A DNA stretch of 64,000 bases from Paramecium tetraurelia. Its lineage: Eukaryota. Location: assembly GCA_000165425.1 (NCBI GenBank), contig CT868002.1, forward strand, positions 1-64,000, given 5' to 3'. The notes under the pieces are model-generated. The model searched no databases, was not told the origin of the DNA, and was given only the letters and a program-made list of their open reading frames with translations. How positions within the stretch are numbered: position 1 is the first letter of the stretch; each line of letters begins with the position of its first letter. Shown piece by piece: positions 12,677-26,151 of this stretch. Position numbers and translations under genes: made by a program.

Positions 12677-14234
12677 ATGTAATAATATAGGGAGTTTAAA
12701 TCTCATATTAGGAAGTCAGAATACACAACTTCGGATAAGAACTTTCCTCTGGCTCTACATGCTTTGTTGATATACGTATTTTTTATATCATTTAACATTG
12801 CCGGAAAAATGTGCTAATAAGACATATTTGCCAAGAGGTTTCCAGGAGATAAAAACAACTTAGGCAATTTGATGTGGTTTTGCTATTAAACAGTGGCTTT
12901 CTTTGGGTTAGCCCAATTGCCTAAGATTGTAAATTTTATTACTTTCAGAATTATCTTGATGGTAGGATCATTGGGACCTCAAATCTTTATATTGCCTGCA
13001 ATTTTGGCTTCAAGTTCTGGTTGTCCTGATTGGGCGATTTATATAATTGGGATACTTTGTTCAATCTGCTCTGGAATGTTATCAGTAATATTTTTATTTG
13101 GGATGCTTTATTATTTATCTAACTTATCATTTGGAGATGAGAAAATATTGTATTATTGTTCACTCTATTTCATGTAATTTATACAACAATAAGTTTAGTC
13201 ATAGCTTCTAATGGATATTAGGCAGCTTTTTCGCAGAAATATTTAGTAGAGCAACAATTGAGGCAATTGGCAGATTATTTTATATATCTATTGTATAACT
13301 AGTTCTAAGTCTGTTATTTTTAACGACCTTTGAGCCCAATCACCCAAGATTGAGAAGGACTAAAGAGTAAATTCTAAGTTTGATTGAAATAAAGACAAGT
13401 TAGCAAGTGGACAAGGTAAATACTTTAAGGCAATTAATTATGAGTGGAATATAAGTTGACAGTTTAAATCAGCAATAAAAAGCTAAGTCGGAAGAAGAAC
13501 TGAAACAAATTATGAACAACATGACTATTCAATGTTTTTCCTTGGATTCAAGCAATTTGAGTATGATAATTGAAAAAGAGGAATTCAATGTTTATTAAAA
13601 TAAATCATATTTAGAATGCATAAAATACACTTCTTAGGAATTGTGGAAAAGAAATGCTCTTTATTTATTGCCTTTAGTATTAACAGTAGCATTACTTGAA
13701 GGCTTCATTTATATATAAATGCTCAACTATATAATGTTTTTGGCATAGAAGGAGGACAGCAGCAGCTCATTTGAAATTGAATTTATTTTCTTTTATGTTG
13801 GATTGGGTTATGTTCTTGGATGCTTTGCTATAGGAATTTTTGGAGATTTTAAAGATAAAATAGTTTGGATGGTTTTTACCTTGACAATCTTACAATTTAG
13901 TTTTATTTTTAGTTGGGTGGTAATAAGTTATAGAACCAACATTTATTTTTTTTTTTAGTTGTTTGCTGCCATGTTGGGGTTTTGTGCGTCAGGCTTGACC
14001 TCTTCAATTGTTTCATTTTTGTGCTTTGAATTTTCATCTCTGATATATATGGTGGACACAATTTATATTATCTATTCAATGTGTTTTGCCATATCTTCAT
14101 TGTTATTCATATTTGGAAGCAGCGATGTATTTGAACATTTGATTGTCAATTTATCAATAATTCAACTAGTTGCATTGAGTAATTACTACTTTATCTATAA
14201 ATACTATAGAATAAAAAAATTAAGTAAATAATGA
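12677..14234 (+). CDS. MFS-type (UNC-93-like) multi-pass membrane protein
   Basis: About 11-12 hydrophobic helices in two bundles with a central hydrophilic loop. One 25-nt intron near 13590 reconciles the two ORF-track frames. Confidence 0.75.
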
Positions 14235-14252
14235 ATATTGATTAATATTAAA

Positions 14253-14648
14253 TCAAATCACTCGAAAAAATAACAAATTTTATTTACAATCGCTACACTG
14301 CTTTTAATCTTCACTCTTCCTATCCATATTGCATAATAAACATCTTTCAAGATATTATTAATCATATATTTCATCTAAAAATTAATTATCCTCTAACTCC
14401 TGCAATTTATCCCCATCTCCAATGTACATATCATCAATAAAAATCAAAGGCAATTCATATCCATATTCCTTGAAAGCCTAAACAAATTAAACACTTTTTT
14501 TATCATAGGCAACATCTATTTTTTACAATGACCACTATTTCTAATCCAAGATCAAAAACGCTTTAGTTTAATTCGACTTTATCTTATTGCTCTATCCAGT
14601 TAAGGAAGTATAATATATTTTTATTCTACAATGTTGTTTCTTGCTCAT
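14253..14648 (-). CDS. SH3BGR/glutaredoxin-like protein with C-terminal CxxC..CxxC zinc ribbon
   Basis: IKIYYTSLTG..IKSNQ..IDVAYD..LPLIFIDDMYIGDGDKLQELED, then CLLC..CSDC; 131 aa. Confidence 0.75.
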
Positions 14649-14707
14649 TTTACGCCTCCACCATTGTTAAATGATGAATGCTGAATAATACTATTATTAA
14701 TTTATAT

Positions 14708-15451
14708 TCATAAAATATATTAATGTTATAAAATAAATGAAAGCGGACCCTATTCAACATTTTTATATTATCTCATTAAGCGTTAAATTTCTTCATTCTA
14801 AATTTCCAACTCTTCTGGAACTGGCAAAAAGAAGTATTCTCTTGCTAATACGATCTGATTCATCTTCTTTAAATTGATAAAACTTCTAAGTTTCATAAAA
14901 GTCAATGTTGGTATGTATTTTAAATCCAATAAATTGCAAGATGTCCTCAATTCATTGTGAGTTTTGCAAAATTATATTAATTATTAAATTTATTAAGAGT
15001 TAACTTATCGCAACAATTTCTTGTTTGCAACTATAACATCATTAGGAAACAAAGTAAAAATAGGATAATTTTCATCCAAAACGAATAAAGTATAAGGTTT
15101 GACTTTCTCAGCCAACTCAGAATCCATTTCAAGGTTTTTTTCTAATTACAATAGATTAATTGTAGTATCTGCTAGAGGCCTTTCATATTATGCTTTTAAT
15201 GGTAAAATCCTTATTTTTTTGTCAAAGTATATATCTGCAGTATCATACATTTGATATGCAAAATATGCCCCAAATGCAAAGATTGCATATTTCAAGGCCT
15301 TCCATTTGATGATTTTTATAAAATCTGACACCACTGAGTATTGAGCTTTAGTTTATTGGTATCTTTCTCTTAGTCTTGCTGCTTCTTCCTTCTCAAACTG
15401 CTCCAAATGCTCTTTTCTTCTTGAATATTAAAATTTAATAATGGATAGCAT
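14708..15451 (-). CDS. Hypothetical single-TM protein (possibly mitochondrial)
   Basis: Open 247-aa frame; basic N-terminus and TM segment ALKYAIFAFGAYFAY. Confidence 0.65.
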
Positions 15452-15475
15452 TATTTTAAATAATAATAAATTGAA

Positions 15476-16779
15476 TCACAAGTCTTAAAATTCAAAGAAA
15501 CACAATTTCCCATCTCCATTATGATCATACCTATTTATAAGTAGGCTTACTTCAGAAGCATTATATCTGAGACCATTCATGTAAAGATACTATTGCAGCT
15601 AAACTAATAACTAAAATTAGATACATCAGTAGAACTTATATAGTTATCCCTTGTTACCGAATCAATAAGTTTAAAGAGATCTTTTGAACCATTCAATTTA
15701 GGAGGGGGTGATTACAATAACTCAAGATACTCTTTGAATAATTACAAAGTAGAATTAGAGAATATTTCTTCTATAGGTTTATCTACAAATTGCTTATTTG
15801 ATATTTATATATTTTCATTAGGCATCATTAAATTTAAGAAGTCACTAAATTGTAATTCCGTTTTGTATTAAAATAATTACTTCGAAGTTCCTGGCTATTA
15901 TTCTAAAAATGTATCATAATCCTGCATTGTTATATAACCATTTGAGTTTCGATCTAATGCCTTGAAAGCATCTAAGAAATTAAATGACTTCTAACTTAAA
16001 AGTCTTTTCTTAAGCGAGTTTAACTTAATCTCTCTTCTCATAAGAGCTACCAGAGGAATTAAGGGAGATTCAATTGATAAATAATTATCGTCCCTGTTGT
16101 TCAAATCTTGAATTGGCTTTTTATTGCTTCTTCCATTGTAAGTCAGTTTGTGTTCTTTCTTTTTTTAAGTAGTCATAGATTGTAAATTAGGTTTTGTTTA
16201 TTTTGGAGTAGAAAAAGTAAAATCGTAATCATCGCTTTTCTTTTTGATAAATGGAGCAGTAGTAATGATTCCATCACCTTATTAATCAAGAAATCTTGAG
16301 ATTTATTCTGATTCCTTTTCACTAATAAAGGCAAGATTATCTTTAAAATATTTCTAAACATCTTGAATTGTTCCCTCAAAAAACACATTTTTAGAAGTTT
16401 TCAAGGAGTTCATGAGATCAATTTATTAATTTAGATGTCTAGCCAAAGCCAATTGGGTTTCTGGCGATAATTACTGTTTTGGTTCTTGGATTGATATTAC
16501 TTTTCTTAAGGTCTAATCTGAAGGGAGTATTGTTCTTAAAAAATCAACATATTTGAATGGTTTTTAAATGAAAATTGAGCATTCTTATTCCGTACACAAT
16601 AATCCTTAACTCTTTAGATAGGATGATAATGAAGTAGTTGTAATTTTGTTATTTCCATCCTATAATTCAAGAAAAGCTTTATAAGGATGGAAGGTGGGTA
16701 GCTAAATTAAGAATTATCTGTTTTGCTCTATTTTCTGTTCTATTTATGCACATTCTATAAAAAAATCACATAAATGCAT
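15476..16779 (-). CDS. Multi EF-hand protein
   Basis: FKALDRNSNGYITMQD, FKLIDSVTRDNYISSTD and INRYDHNGDGKLCFFEF loops; several introns. Confidence 0.8.
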
Positions 16780-16784
16780 TATAA

Positions 16785-18071
16785 TCAATTTTTAGATTTA
16801 TATTTATTTTTCTTTTTATTGTTTTTCTTATTAGATTTCTTGGTTTCCTATTTAATTTCATCAAGTTGGAGTTATTGCAATTGTTTTTCCTATTCTAATA
16901 ACTCTTCAAATGTCAGTTCTTCTTGTTAATCATTGTCTTTATTGTCTTCTTGAAATAAGAGATTTTGTTATTGTTATTATAATTGTTTCTCAAATTTACT
17001 AACGTTGATGATGTCTCCATTATAATCTAATAATGTTTATTCTTTAAAATCCTAGGCTTATTTTAATATACAATTACTTTGGTAATAATTTACAATCTCT
17101 CAATAACATTACAATTGACAGTATTCTTCTGGAAGTTGTATCCCCCAAACAGTAGAATTTGATTGTTTTTAATGTCTAAACAAGCGCATGCTCGATATTT
17201 ATATGATGGTCTATGAGATTAAATAAATTGTGTTACACTTCTTTCTAAGATCTCATGCAGGTCCATTAGTTGTCAGTGAATGATAACAGGTAATGAGTGG
17301 TTTGCCCGTTTTCTTCTGCAAAATAAATTAATTGGTTTTGATTAAGAGAAACCTATTGACCAAAGGCAATAGATTTTGGTATGTTTGTTTTAACTTGAGT
17401 CCACGTTAAGGTTTTTAGATCTAATGAGTACATGTCTTGTAAGCATGTTCTTTCAAATAAATTGGTTGATTGAGAACCGCCTGCTATGATTAATTTATTG
17501 CTATTCACAAAAGCTAGATGACTATGTCTTGGTGAAGGAGGTTGTCCTTTGAAATTCACAGGGGTAAAGTCACATTAAGCAACTTGAAAGAACTCTAATT
17601 AGTTTGACAGTCTCATTTATTCATCTAAGCCTCCAAAAATATAAAATGATAAATCAGCTATTTACGTAAATGAGAAATTAATTCTAAATTGTGGTTTGTA
17701 TTCACTTTTTATAGATAATATTGTTTTAGTTGGTAAATCAGCATAAAATATTTACTATTAAGTGGCTCTGTTGTAAGATATGAACCAAATGCAGTTTTTA
17801 GTAAAGTAAGTTTGAGGATGCACAAATTGATAGTCAAATTATTCTCCTTAAAAAACAAAGTGCTCCTCAATTGTAAATTTCTCTCTATTTATATAGATTC
17901 CATGCAATTCTGTCTTTTGTGAATAGCATATCAATAATCTATCATTATAGATATGAATAGTGTTAAAAAACGAATATTATTTGAAATCTTGGATTGTTGA
18001 TGACTTTCTCCAAAGCGTCAGTTTGACATCTATGTAATTTTAGGGAAGTCTCTCTTCGAGTACATTTTCAT
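16785..18071 (-). CDS. Kelch-repeat protein
   Basis: FYIFGGLD, PPSPRHSHLAF..LIIAGG and PSYKYRACACL..ILLFGGY; acidic/Lys-rich tail. Confidence 0.8.
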
Positions 18072-18091
18072 TTGAATTAAACATTAATATA

Positions 18092-19627
18092 ATGAATAAA
18101 TAATAATCAATCGGATAATATACTTTTGGTATTCATATCCAATTTAAGATTAAGGTAAAACCTTAGGAGAAGGTACTTTTGGTAAAGTGAAGTTGGCAAC
18201 CCATCAAATCACTTAAGAGAAAGTGGCAATAAAGATCTTGGAAAAAAGCAAAATAGTTGATGCCTCTGACATCGAAAGAGTTACAAGAGAAATTCAGATT
18301 CTTAAATAAATCCGACATCCCAATTTAGTTTAATTATATGAAGTACTATGCCATTATACTAAGATAATAGAAACTTAGAAATAACTCTTTCTAGTTATGG
18401 AGTATGTCAATGGTGGAGAACTATTCGATTACATAGTCTAGAATCAGCGACTTAGAGATGCTGAAGCTGCTAAACTCTTTGGCTAATTGATTCAGGGGAT
18501 AGAGTACATGCATAAATTAAGGATAGTGCATAGGGATTTGAAACCTGAGAATCTGATGTTGGAGAATAAATAAAGAGTCAAAATTATTGATTTCGGACTA
18601 TCAAATTTATATGCCAATGATGAACTTCTTAAAACTGCATGTGGGTCACCATGTTATGCAGCACCTGAGATGATAGCTGGTAAAAAATACAATGGATTGA
18701 ATTCTGACATTTGGAGTGCTGGCGTTATCTTATTTGCTATGTTGGCTGGCCATTTGCCATTTGAAGAAGCCAATACAAATTTATTATATAAGAAAATATT
18801 GGCAGGGGAATACAAATGTCCCAATACAATTTCTTTACCTGCCAAGAATTTAATTGCTGGTATTTTATAAACTGACCCTCTAAAAAGATACACAATCACA
18901 GACATCAGAAGACACCCTTGGATGACTAATAATTACAAGGCTCCCTTGCAAATGGGAATTATTGTTGGACTTCATAAAATACCATTAGATTTTGATATTT
19001 TGAAATAGTTAGTTAAAATGGGTTACGCATAAGACTATATTGAAAAATGTGTGGAAGGCAATAGACACAATTAAGTGACAACAATTTATTATTTATTATT
19101 AAAGAAGCATCTACTCAACGGAGGAAAATCTTTTGCTGGTAATATTTTTAAGCTTTACAAAAATAGATATTGGCTCCGACATATTCACTCCTATTCCACT
19201 CCCACCTAAACATGCCTCTACTTCCGATTATGGCACTAAATAGAACAATAAACCCCTGCCTGTTATTAGACCTAAGCCTCATGATGAATCTCCTATCAAT
19301 CTCAGAGGTCGTTATAATAATAACTCTCTGCATTCTCAATAAACTACAACTTTAAATTAATCACCAAAAATCCATTCTGTAGATTCAAAAAAACCATAAC
19401 TTGATAACTTTAAATTAGATTTGAATTAGACTTTAAGAGACCCTAATTATGGAAAAATCATCACTCCATCAGTTAGACCTAGAGGAATCAGTGATTATTA
19501 GTGTAGATTTGGAACAAATGGTCATGAATCCACAAGATAGAAGTCAGTGGATTATGGCCAAACTAATTAAATAAATATACCCTATTATAATGATACTAGA
19601 ATGAAAACATTTTACAAGGTCAAGTGA
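18092..19627 (+). CDS. SNF1/AMPK-like (CAMKL) Ser/Thr kinase with UBA-like region
   Basis: GKTLGEGTFGKVKLA, VAIK, HRDLKPEN, DFGLSN, KTACGSPCYAAPE and DIWSAGVILFAML; tiny introns. Confidence 0.95.
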
Positions 19628-19688
19628 TTATAATTTTCCATTCTGCTCTTTAATATTATAGTAATTAATTTATAAATAAATTGTTTTT

Positions 19689-20625
19689 ATGTTTTCACCT
19701 CGTTCAAATTAGTAAACTCCAACTTAAAGGAAAATAGGAAGAAAGATGACAGAGTCATCACATAAATCTTCACGAAAGATTGAAATCTAAGCCTTGCCTT
19801 CTGGTATCAGAATAATAATTGCTGAATCAATACTTGCATAAAATCATATCTCATCCATTAGAGACAGTCTAATCAGATATCTAAAATATGAAGGTATTCT
19901 ATGTATTCTATGAATAGATTCCTATTAAAAATTAAGACCTGTAGATATTCAAATTATGAATGAGTATGCTCTGACATAAGTTTCATTTGTTAAAGAATTT
20001 AGTGAGAAAAAAGAATTAATTGTAAATATGCTCCTCCATCTCTTTTTTTACAGAAATGCAAAATATATCAAGCAATGCTTTTAAGAAAAGAATTAAGCTG
20101 ATGACATCAAGGAATTCCAAAGATTATTAGTTTTCCACAAAAATGAATTAAATTCCTTAGAAGTTAGAACTCTCCTAACTTGGCTACATGATTATATTGC
20201 CCATTATGATTTGTTCTATTTCAAAGCATTATCTGATGATGGATTAGATATAGTTTATAATGTTGTTTTGGATATTCCCACCTTTGTACCTCCATTATCT
20301 TAAGCAAATTTTATACCTTAAAATGTATTTGATTTGACATAATTAGAATAAATAATATGCAGATGTTGATTCAGAAGAGGAGGAAAAGTATGCTAAAAGA
20401 AGAATCAAAATGGAAAAAGAAAATTAAGAAGTTGAAGACGAACTTTAAGATAATCAAGAACAAAATGCTTAATAAGACAGCGAGTAGAAAAAGCCAAATG
20501 AATTTGAGGAATACATACAATAGTAAGTCTTTGGAACTTCTTAACAGTTATTTTAAAAGATAGAAGAGTAGAATAAAATAATTATTGAATAAGTTGAAAA
20601 GGAAAACAATAAAAAGAAAAAATGA
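19689..20625 (+). CDS. Probable ciliary C1a-32/CABCOCO1-like protein
   Basis: Helical region ending WLHDYIAHYDLFYF, then DIPTFVPPLSQA and a coiled-coil tail; pattern recognised by eye. Confidence 0.5.
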
Positions 20626-21634
20626 AATTTAAAAATAAATCTTTTTTATGCCTTCCATCATCATCTTTATAGTTGGATTTAATCAATTTCCACATTATAA
20701 GGTTTAAACTAAATTAATTGTTTCTCTTATAAAAACAAAATTTATTCTATATCTTTAAATTCTGACTCTTCAATTTATAGATGATAATAAATTCAAATTA
20801 TCTAATTAATAATTGTTTAAATATGGTTTTTAATTACTATAAATACTAATAAGTATTTTTTTTATTCTATAATTTTAAATAATCCACATTTTAAACAATT
20901 GCTGTATTTAATAAATTACAAATTCTAAAATAATTTAACCTCTATTATGTTCATTTATCATTAAGTTATTTATTACATATTTCTCTCTTTTGTTTGTGTT
21001 CTATTCAAAGTGGCTGATTTTTATTACAATTAATTGAATAATTAATATATTTATGATAGAAAAACTAAATATTAAATATAAATAAAATAAATAAATAGTC
21101 AATCAGAAGAATAGATTATGTATTGGAAAATATGAAATTAAATTAGTTGGATAGAATTATTAATTCACAAGTAACTTGTATTTGAATTTAAAAGTATAAT
21201 CGGTCGAACATCTTCATAAGATAAGAAATTAATTTTTTGAGAGAAATACTTTGTTATGATGAGAAAACCATGTATTTTAAAGATCATTTAACTAGTCAAT
21301 TGTAAAAATAAGAAAAATAAAATTTATCAGTTATATCTATAGATTAATTTAATTTCTTCGAGTAAATCTTATATTTGAATACCTTACATTCTACAGATCA
21401 TATATGAAGAGATTATGATGAAATGATAATAATTCTTTTACATATTGACTTGTAAAATAGGTTTAAATTGATATATTCATACAAGTAAATATTACCTAAA
21501 GTATTAAGAAGTCAATTATTTTGTTAAGTTATTGAATTTGCAATCTCTTGAGAATTTATAAAATTATATGCTTAAATTTCCAAAAGAAATAAAGTTTGAT
21601 ATTTGATTTGATTATTATAAATAATTATTAATAA

Positions 21635-22345
21635 ATGCCTAAGTCGATCGGAGTAAAATCTCATAACATGTTTCTAGGACATTCCAATGAGTGTAGAACA
21701 GCAACTACACATCATCAATGGTGGGTTACTAAAGTGCGAAGATATGCATGATGGATCATGCTTGGCTGATGCTTTAATAAGGTTTGTAAAAATTTGGAAT
21801 AATTCATATAAATATTATATTCCAATTCATTTAATCCCCCTCTTATTATTTTAACGAAAGAAATTAAAATAGAAGTAATTTATTATAGCCTAATATTAAT
21901 AGTCCAGGCAAGACAATAAAGTAATTTTTATTGGAATTTTGTGGTTCTTTATTTTTTGTTGCAGGTTACATCTCTGCTTGTAAATACGTTTTTTGTGTGC
22001 TGAGAACATTGAAATACAACAATAGTAATTATTAAATTAAATTTATAAAGGAATATCCTTAAGTTTTTCTGGATTGTTTTCTGGAGTTTTTCTTTTTGGA
22101 GAAAAATTAAATAGAAGAGCTGAAATAACTATCTTTTTAGCCCCAAAATTCTTAGAAACTGTTTGGCATATGTTACAGAAAAGAAATTTGGTAATGAAAA
22201 TTGATTACTGGGAATATTTTGTTTTTGGAATTGCTATGGGAATAATAAATTATTATTATATCAATAATGTAAAATATTATTTTTAATTTAGCCTAACCAA
22301 ATTAAATACTCTTATTTGTAAGTATTCAAAAAAATATGGAATTGA
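21635..22345 (+). CDS. TMEM135-like membrane protein
   Basis: CEDMHDGSC..YIPIHLIPLL..GEKLNRRAEITIFLAPKFLETVW..FGIAMG; four tiny introns, including a 25-nt intron after codon 6. Confidence 0.75.
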
Positions 22346-22386
22346 CCCATTTTACATTTATATAACAATAATTAATAAGAATACTA

Positions 22387-24057
22387 TCATTTTTTTTTCA
22401 AAAAAAAATCACTAAGCGTGGCTGGTCCACTACTGTGCATATGAATGGTTCCTGAAGTTGGTAATGTAGCATCTCCTTGCATGTCGTCATAATATGAATT
22501 TGGATTATAATTTGGCCTTTCCAATGCTCTAAAATTATAATTCTTGGATTAAAAATTATGAAACTCCCTCTAAAATTACCCTTGATCCATGGCAACATCA
22601 ATTTTGTCTGGCAATTAATCTGGTTTGAAAGTTGGAAATTCATCCACAGATTCCATAAATTATGAATGATAAGATTGATTAATGTATGATTGACTCTAAG
22701 ATGTAGGAGTATTTATTCTAAGATGATGGATTTTTTATTTAACCTTTTACAATTTCTCTCCAAATTAATTAAATAGTTAATCTAATTGAGCATCTTACTT
22801 CCTTTCAGGAGAAATGAAGCTATTTGAGCTATGTTAATGAATATTATGGGAAATTTGATAGTCGTATTCTGTTTTGATTCGTCTGTTATCACTAAAATGA
22901 TAGGAGTCCGCAGTTTCAGGACTTTGTTTTCTAGATCTCTCATAGAACTGGGATGAATTCAACTGAGTAGGAGCTTTTGAATGGTAATTTGATTAAGTAT
23001 TATATTATTGTCTCTGTGGAACATAAAAAGTCATTTGAGTTTGAGGCGTTTTTTATTGATTTCTATCTAAATGTGTGGTGCTGTAGTTGTTTGAAGTATA
23101 GGAATTTTAAATATGATAGGTATGTTATTTATTGACATTGTTCTAGGATGGAGAAGGACTCTTTGTTTGATATTTATTGTTTAGGCTTGTGCTGTTTACA
23201 ACCTTGTCCATTTGAGTCCGAGTACCTAATGAATTCATTGTCGTATTTAAATTCTGCTTTTGACCCAACACTTTTTCTAATTAATATAGATCGATTCTTT
23301 ATTCTTCATCTACTTGGAGCATCTTTGCTAATAGATCGACAAATGAAGGCTAAAATTGCTGTGACAACACTCTCAAATAGGTATTGATTACATCTTATGA
23401 GACTTGGAATTTGGATAAATCATAAACTGATTAGACAGATTATTAAAGTGCTAATTCCAGGATTACCAAACCTAAAGAAAAAACCTTTATAAGTAAATTT
23501 AATACTTCTGATTTCTCATAATTGTATATAGGATTCATCGTCCTCTTTCCCAATTCGTAGACTAGAAATGGAGCCAGATAACATTAATTTGTAAATCCAA
23601 TTAACTGCATCTTGTATTCATACATGTCAGTTATAAATCGAATATCTGTTAATTAGTATCTATTATTTTAGGTTGCCAATATTGTTTAAGGACTCAACTG
23701 ACCATGTCTTATTCTCTTTGATATGAAAATCAACAAAGCCTGTGTTACATCTCTAATTATCTGTAGACAATCGAACTGGCTGAGTTTCTTCATCTCTCCA
23801 ACACATTTTTCGGTATATTAATATTACAATGATATTCCGAAGAGTTGACCACAAAACGATTTCTACTCACTCGTAGTAAACTTCACAAGTTTGCATATGG
23901 TTGGATCTTAAATTTAAGTTCTCTTTTGCGTTTCACTTCTAGCTTATTCATATTGAACAAAGGAATCATAGGTTTTGTTTATTTGGATAACTTACTCATT
24001 TTTGCTATTGATCAAATAACCTTAGCCGTATGCAACATTATTAACATCTTAATTCAT
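22387..24057 (-). CDS. Protein kinase-fold pseudokinase with Q/S/P-rich tail
   Basis: IRHGQLSPQTIL (catalytic loop lacking Asp), LTDIRF, YLAPF, KSEVFSLGLVILE and LLAKMLQVDEEQR. Confidence 0.75.
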
Positions 24058-24090
24058 TATAATATAAATTATAAATTTTATTTCAACAAC

Positions 24091-26125
24091 TCAAATTTCG
24101 AATCGCAATTCATTTTCTTCTCTATTAATCCTCTAAAATTATTATTAATAGTTTATTTGTTGTAATATTGCACTCTCTATAACACTATCGACAACTACTC
24201 ACAAAACTCTAGATCTTAACAATGCAGTAAGGTTAACAAAATTTCAAAGTGTTTAGTCAATTGTAATAAAAACTGATTCTAAAACTAACCTTAAGCAATT
24301 ATTTCCAATAGCAATTGCACCATATTTCTATCATCAATCATCTTTATCACGAAGATATCCAATAATCCATTGTCTAAAATAAATTTCTGAACATCCTCAT
24401 TACACTAAATTACAAATATATAAATACAATTTCTTAAGAAAGATATTTTATCGATATTGCGATATCCCGATCATATAATAATAAGATCATAGCAACTAAA
24501 GTTTAATTTTTCTTTTTCTTTTCTAATAATGCCTTTAATTAAAGTATAAATTCTCTGTTTTTTGAATCGTGAATGCCAATGTAATATTTGCAACTTTGTT
24601 ACTTTTTTTGATTTTTAATGAGCTCCTCCACTTGTTAACAATTAATTGAGGAACAAGTATTTTTAAAATAAAAGTAAGATAGTTATAACAACAATTTGTA
24701 AATTTATTAAAATCCTTATTTATTAATCACTATTACCATCAAATTACCTAAGAGATCTATTAAATTATCCTATAAGCAGCAAGGCAATAGTTCTTGATTC
24801 CACTTTTGATTATTAATTCCTAATTATATTTGCAATTAATCCAATCCAAGAAATATTGATTCAAAAACACTTTAAAACACTTTAATTTATTTGATTCCAC
24901 TCTCTGAGTTATTAGTTGTTTTTTTTTATTGTTCTGCTTATGGTTATTATTACTATTATTGCTATTATTATTTTGGTTATTCTAATATTTACTATTATTT
25001 TAAAGGTTAAACTGATTCGTTTTATTCAGTTTAATAAATTTATTCTTTTATTTATTCTTTTTATTCAATTAATTTCTAGTTTATTTTCTCTAACTTTTTT
25101 TACAACTAAATTGTATTATCTTTTTCAAGGGAAAGTTTCTTTTCTAATTCTAATATCCTAACTTTCTAAGATTCTACTTATTTTTCTAGTTGAGTATTCC
25201 TCTATTTCAACCTTTAAATTTCTTAACTATAGGTAGAATTATTCTTTTAAATTGATGAACCTTTCAGTTCAATCAGCTTAACTTTGGATTTCAATTGATG
25301 TTCCAAATTACTAAACTTTTTATTTAAATTACTTAATTTTTATTAATATTGTTCTTCCATCATTTTACTTAGAATGTCATAAACCTATTAAATACTATTT
25401 GACATTTCAGATTTGAATTTTTATAGCGAGTATTCATATTCTACTAGTTCTTTTTCTTTTTTTATTTGCATTACTTATTTCTTCTCCAATAACTATTTAA
25501 CATTTTCCAACTCATCCACAATTTCATTGTTTATCTTCTGTTTTTCCTTCCTATTTATATCTTGATAGGTTTCTTCAGCTATTTCTTCAATCAACCCCTT
25601 GATCCCTTTGTCTCTAGTACTCAATTGAAGAGCATTCAAAGAGACAATGTTGGGGTCAACAGTAACAATTTTATTTTTTAAATTTTCCTTAAATTATAAT
25701 TTTTGCTCTGCATTTTGAAATTCAATTGAGTACTCTTGTAATAATATTTTGTAAAACTCTGTGAACTTGACTGGTCTTCCCTTTATCAAGGTCAAAAGTG
25801 ACTTGGTTTGTTTGTGTGTACACACCTCGTCTTCTGGATCGATGCAATCCACTTTGGACAATTGTAAATCCGATCCTTTTTCAATGTATTTTGCATATTA
25901 TTTATTGAGAAACGAACTCTTATCAAGAGTGGGCCTGGATTATTCAGTCTAATCCAATTGGTTGAGTCTGTTTTCAAGATCCATATCAAATTAATGTGTA
26001 GTGGAGATTTATTCTAAAATTTGTTAATATTTTTGTAGATCAAAGGGGTGTCTCTTTTTATTTTGATCGTCTTCATCAACCCTTGCTTTGAGAGTTCTTA
26101 TTCCTGAGAAAGTTAAATTAGACAT
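24091..26125 (-). CDS. Coiled-coil hypothetical protein
   Basis: Long code-6 frame MSNLTFSGIRTLKARVDEDD..., E/K/Q-rich with an Asn-rich segment. Confidence 0.65.
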
Positions 26126-26151
26126 AATTTGAATTATATTAATTTATTAAG

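Noticed and set aside
24915..25200. Hydrophobic + strand ORF as a membrane protein
   Set aside because: It is the antisense of an Asn/Lys-rich segment of the minus-strand coiled-coil gene.
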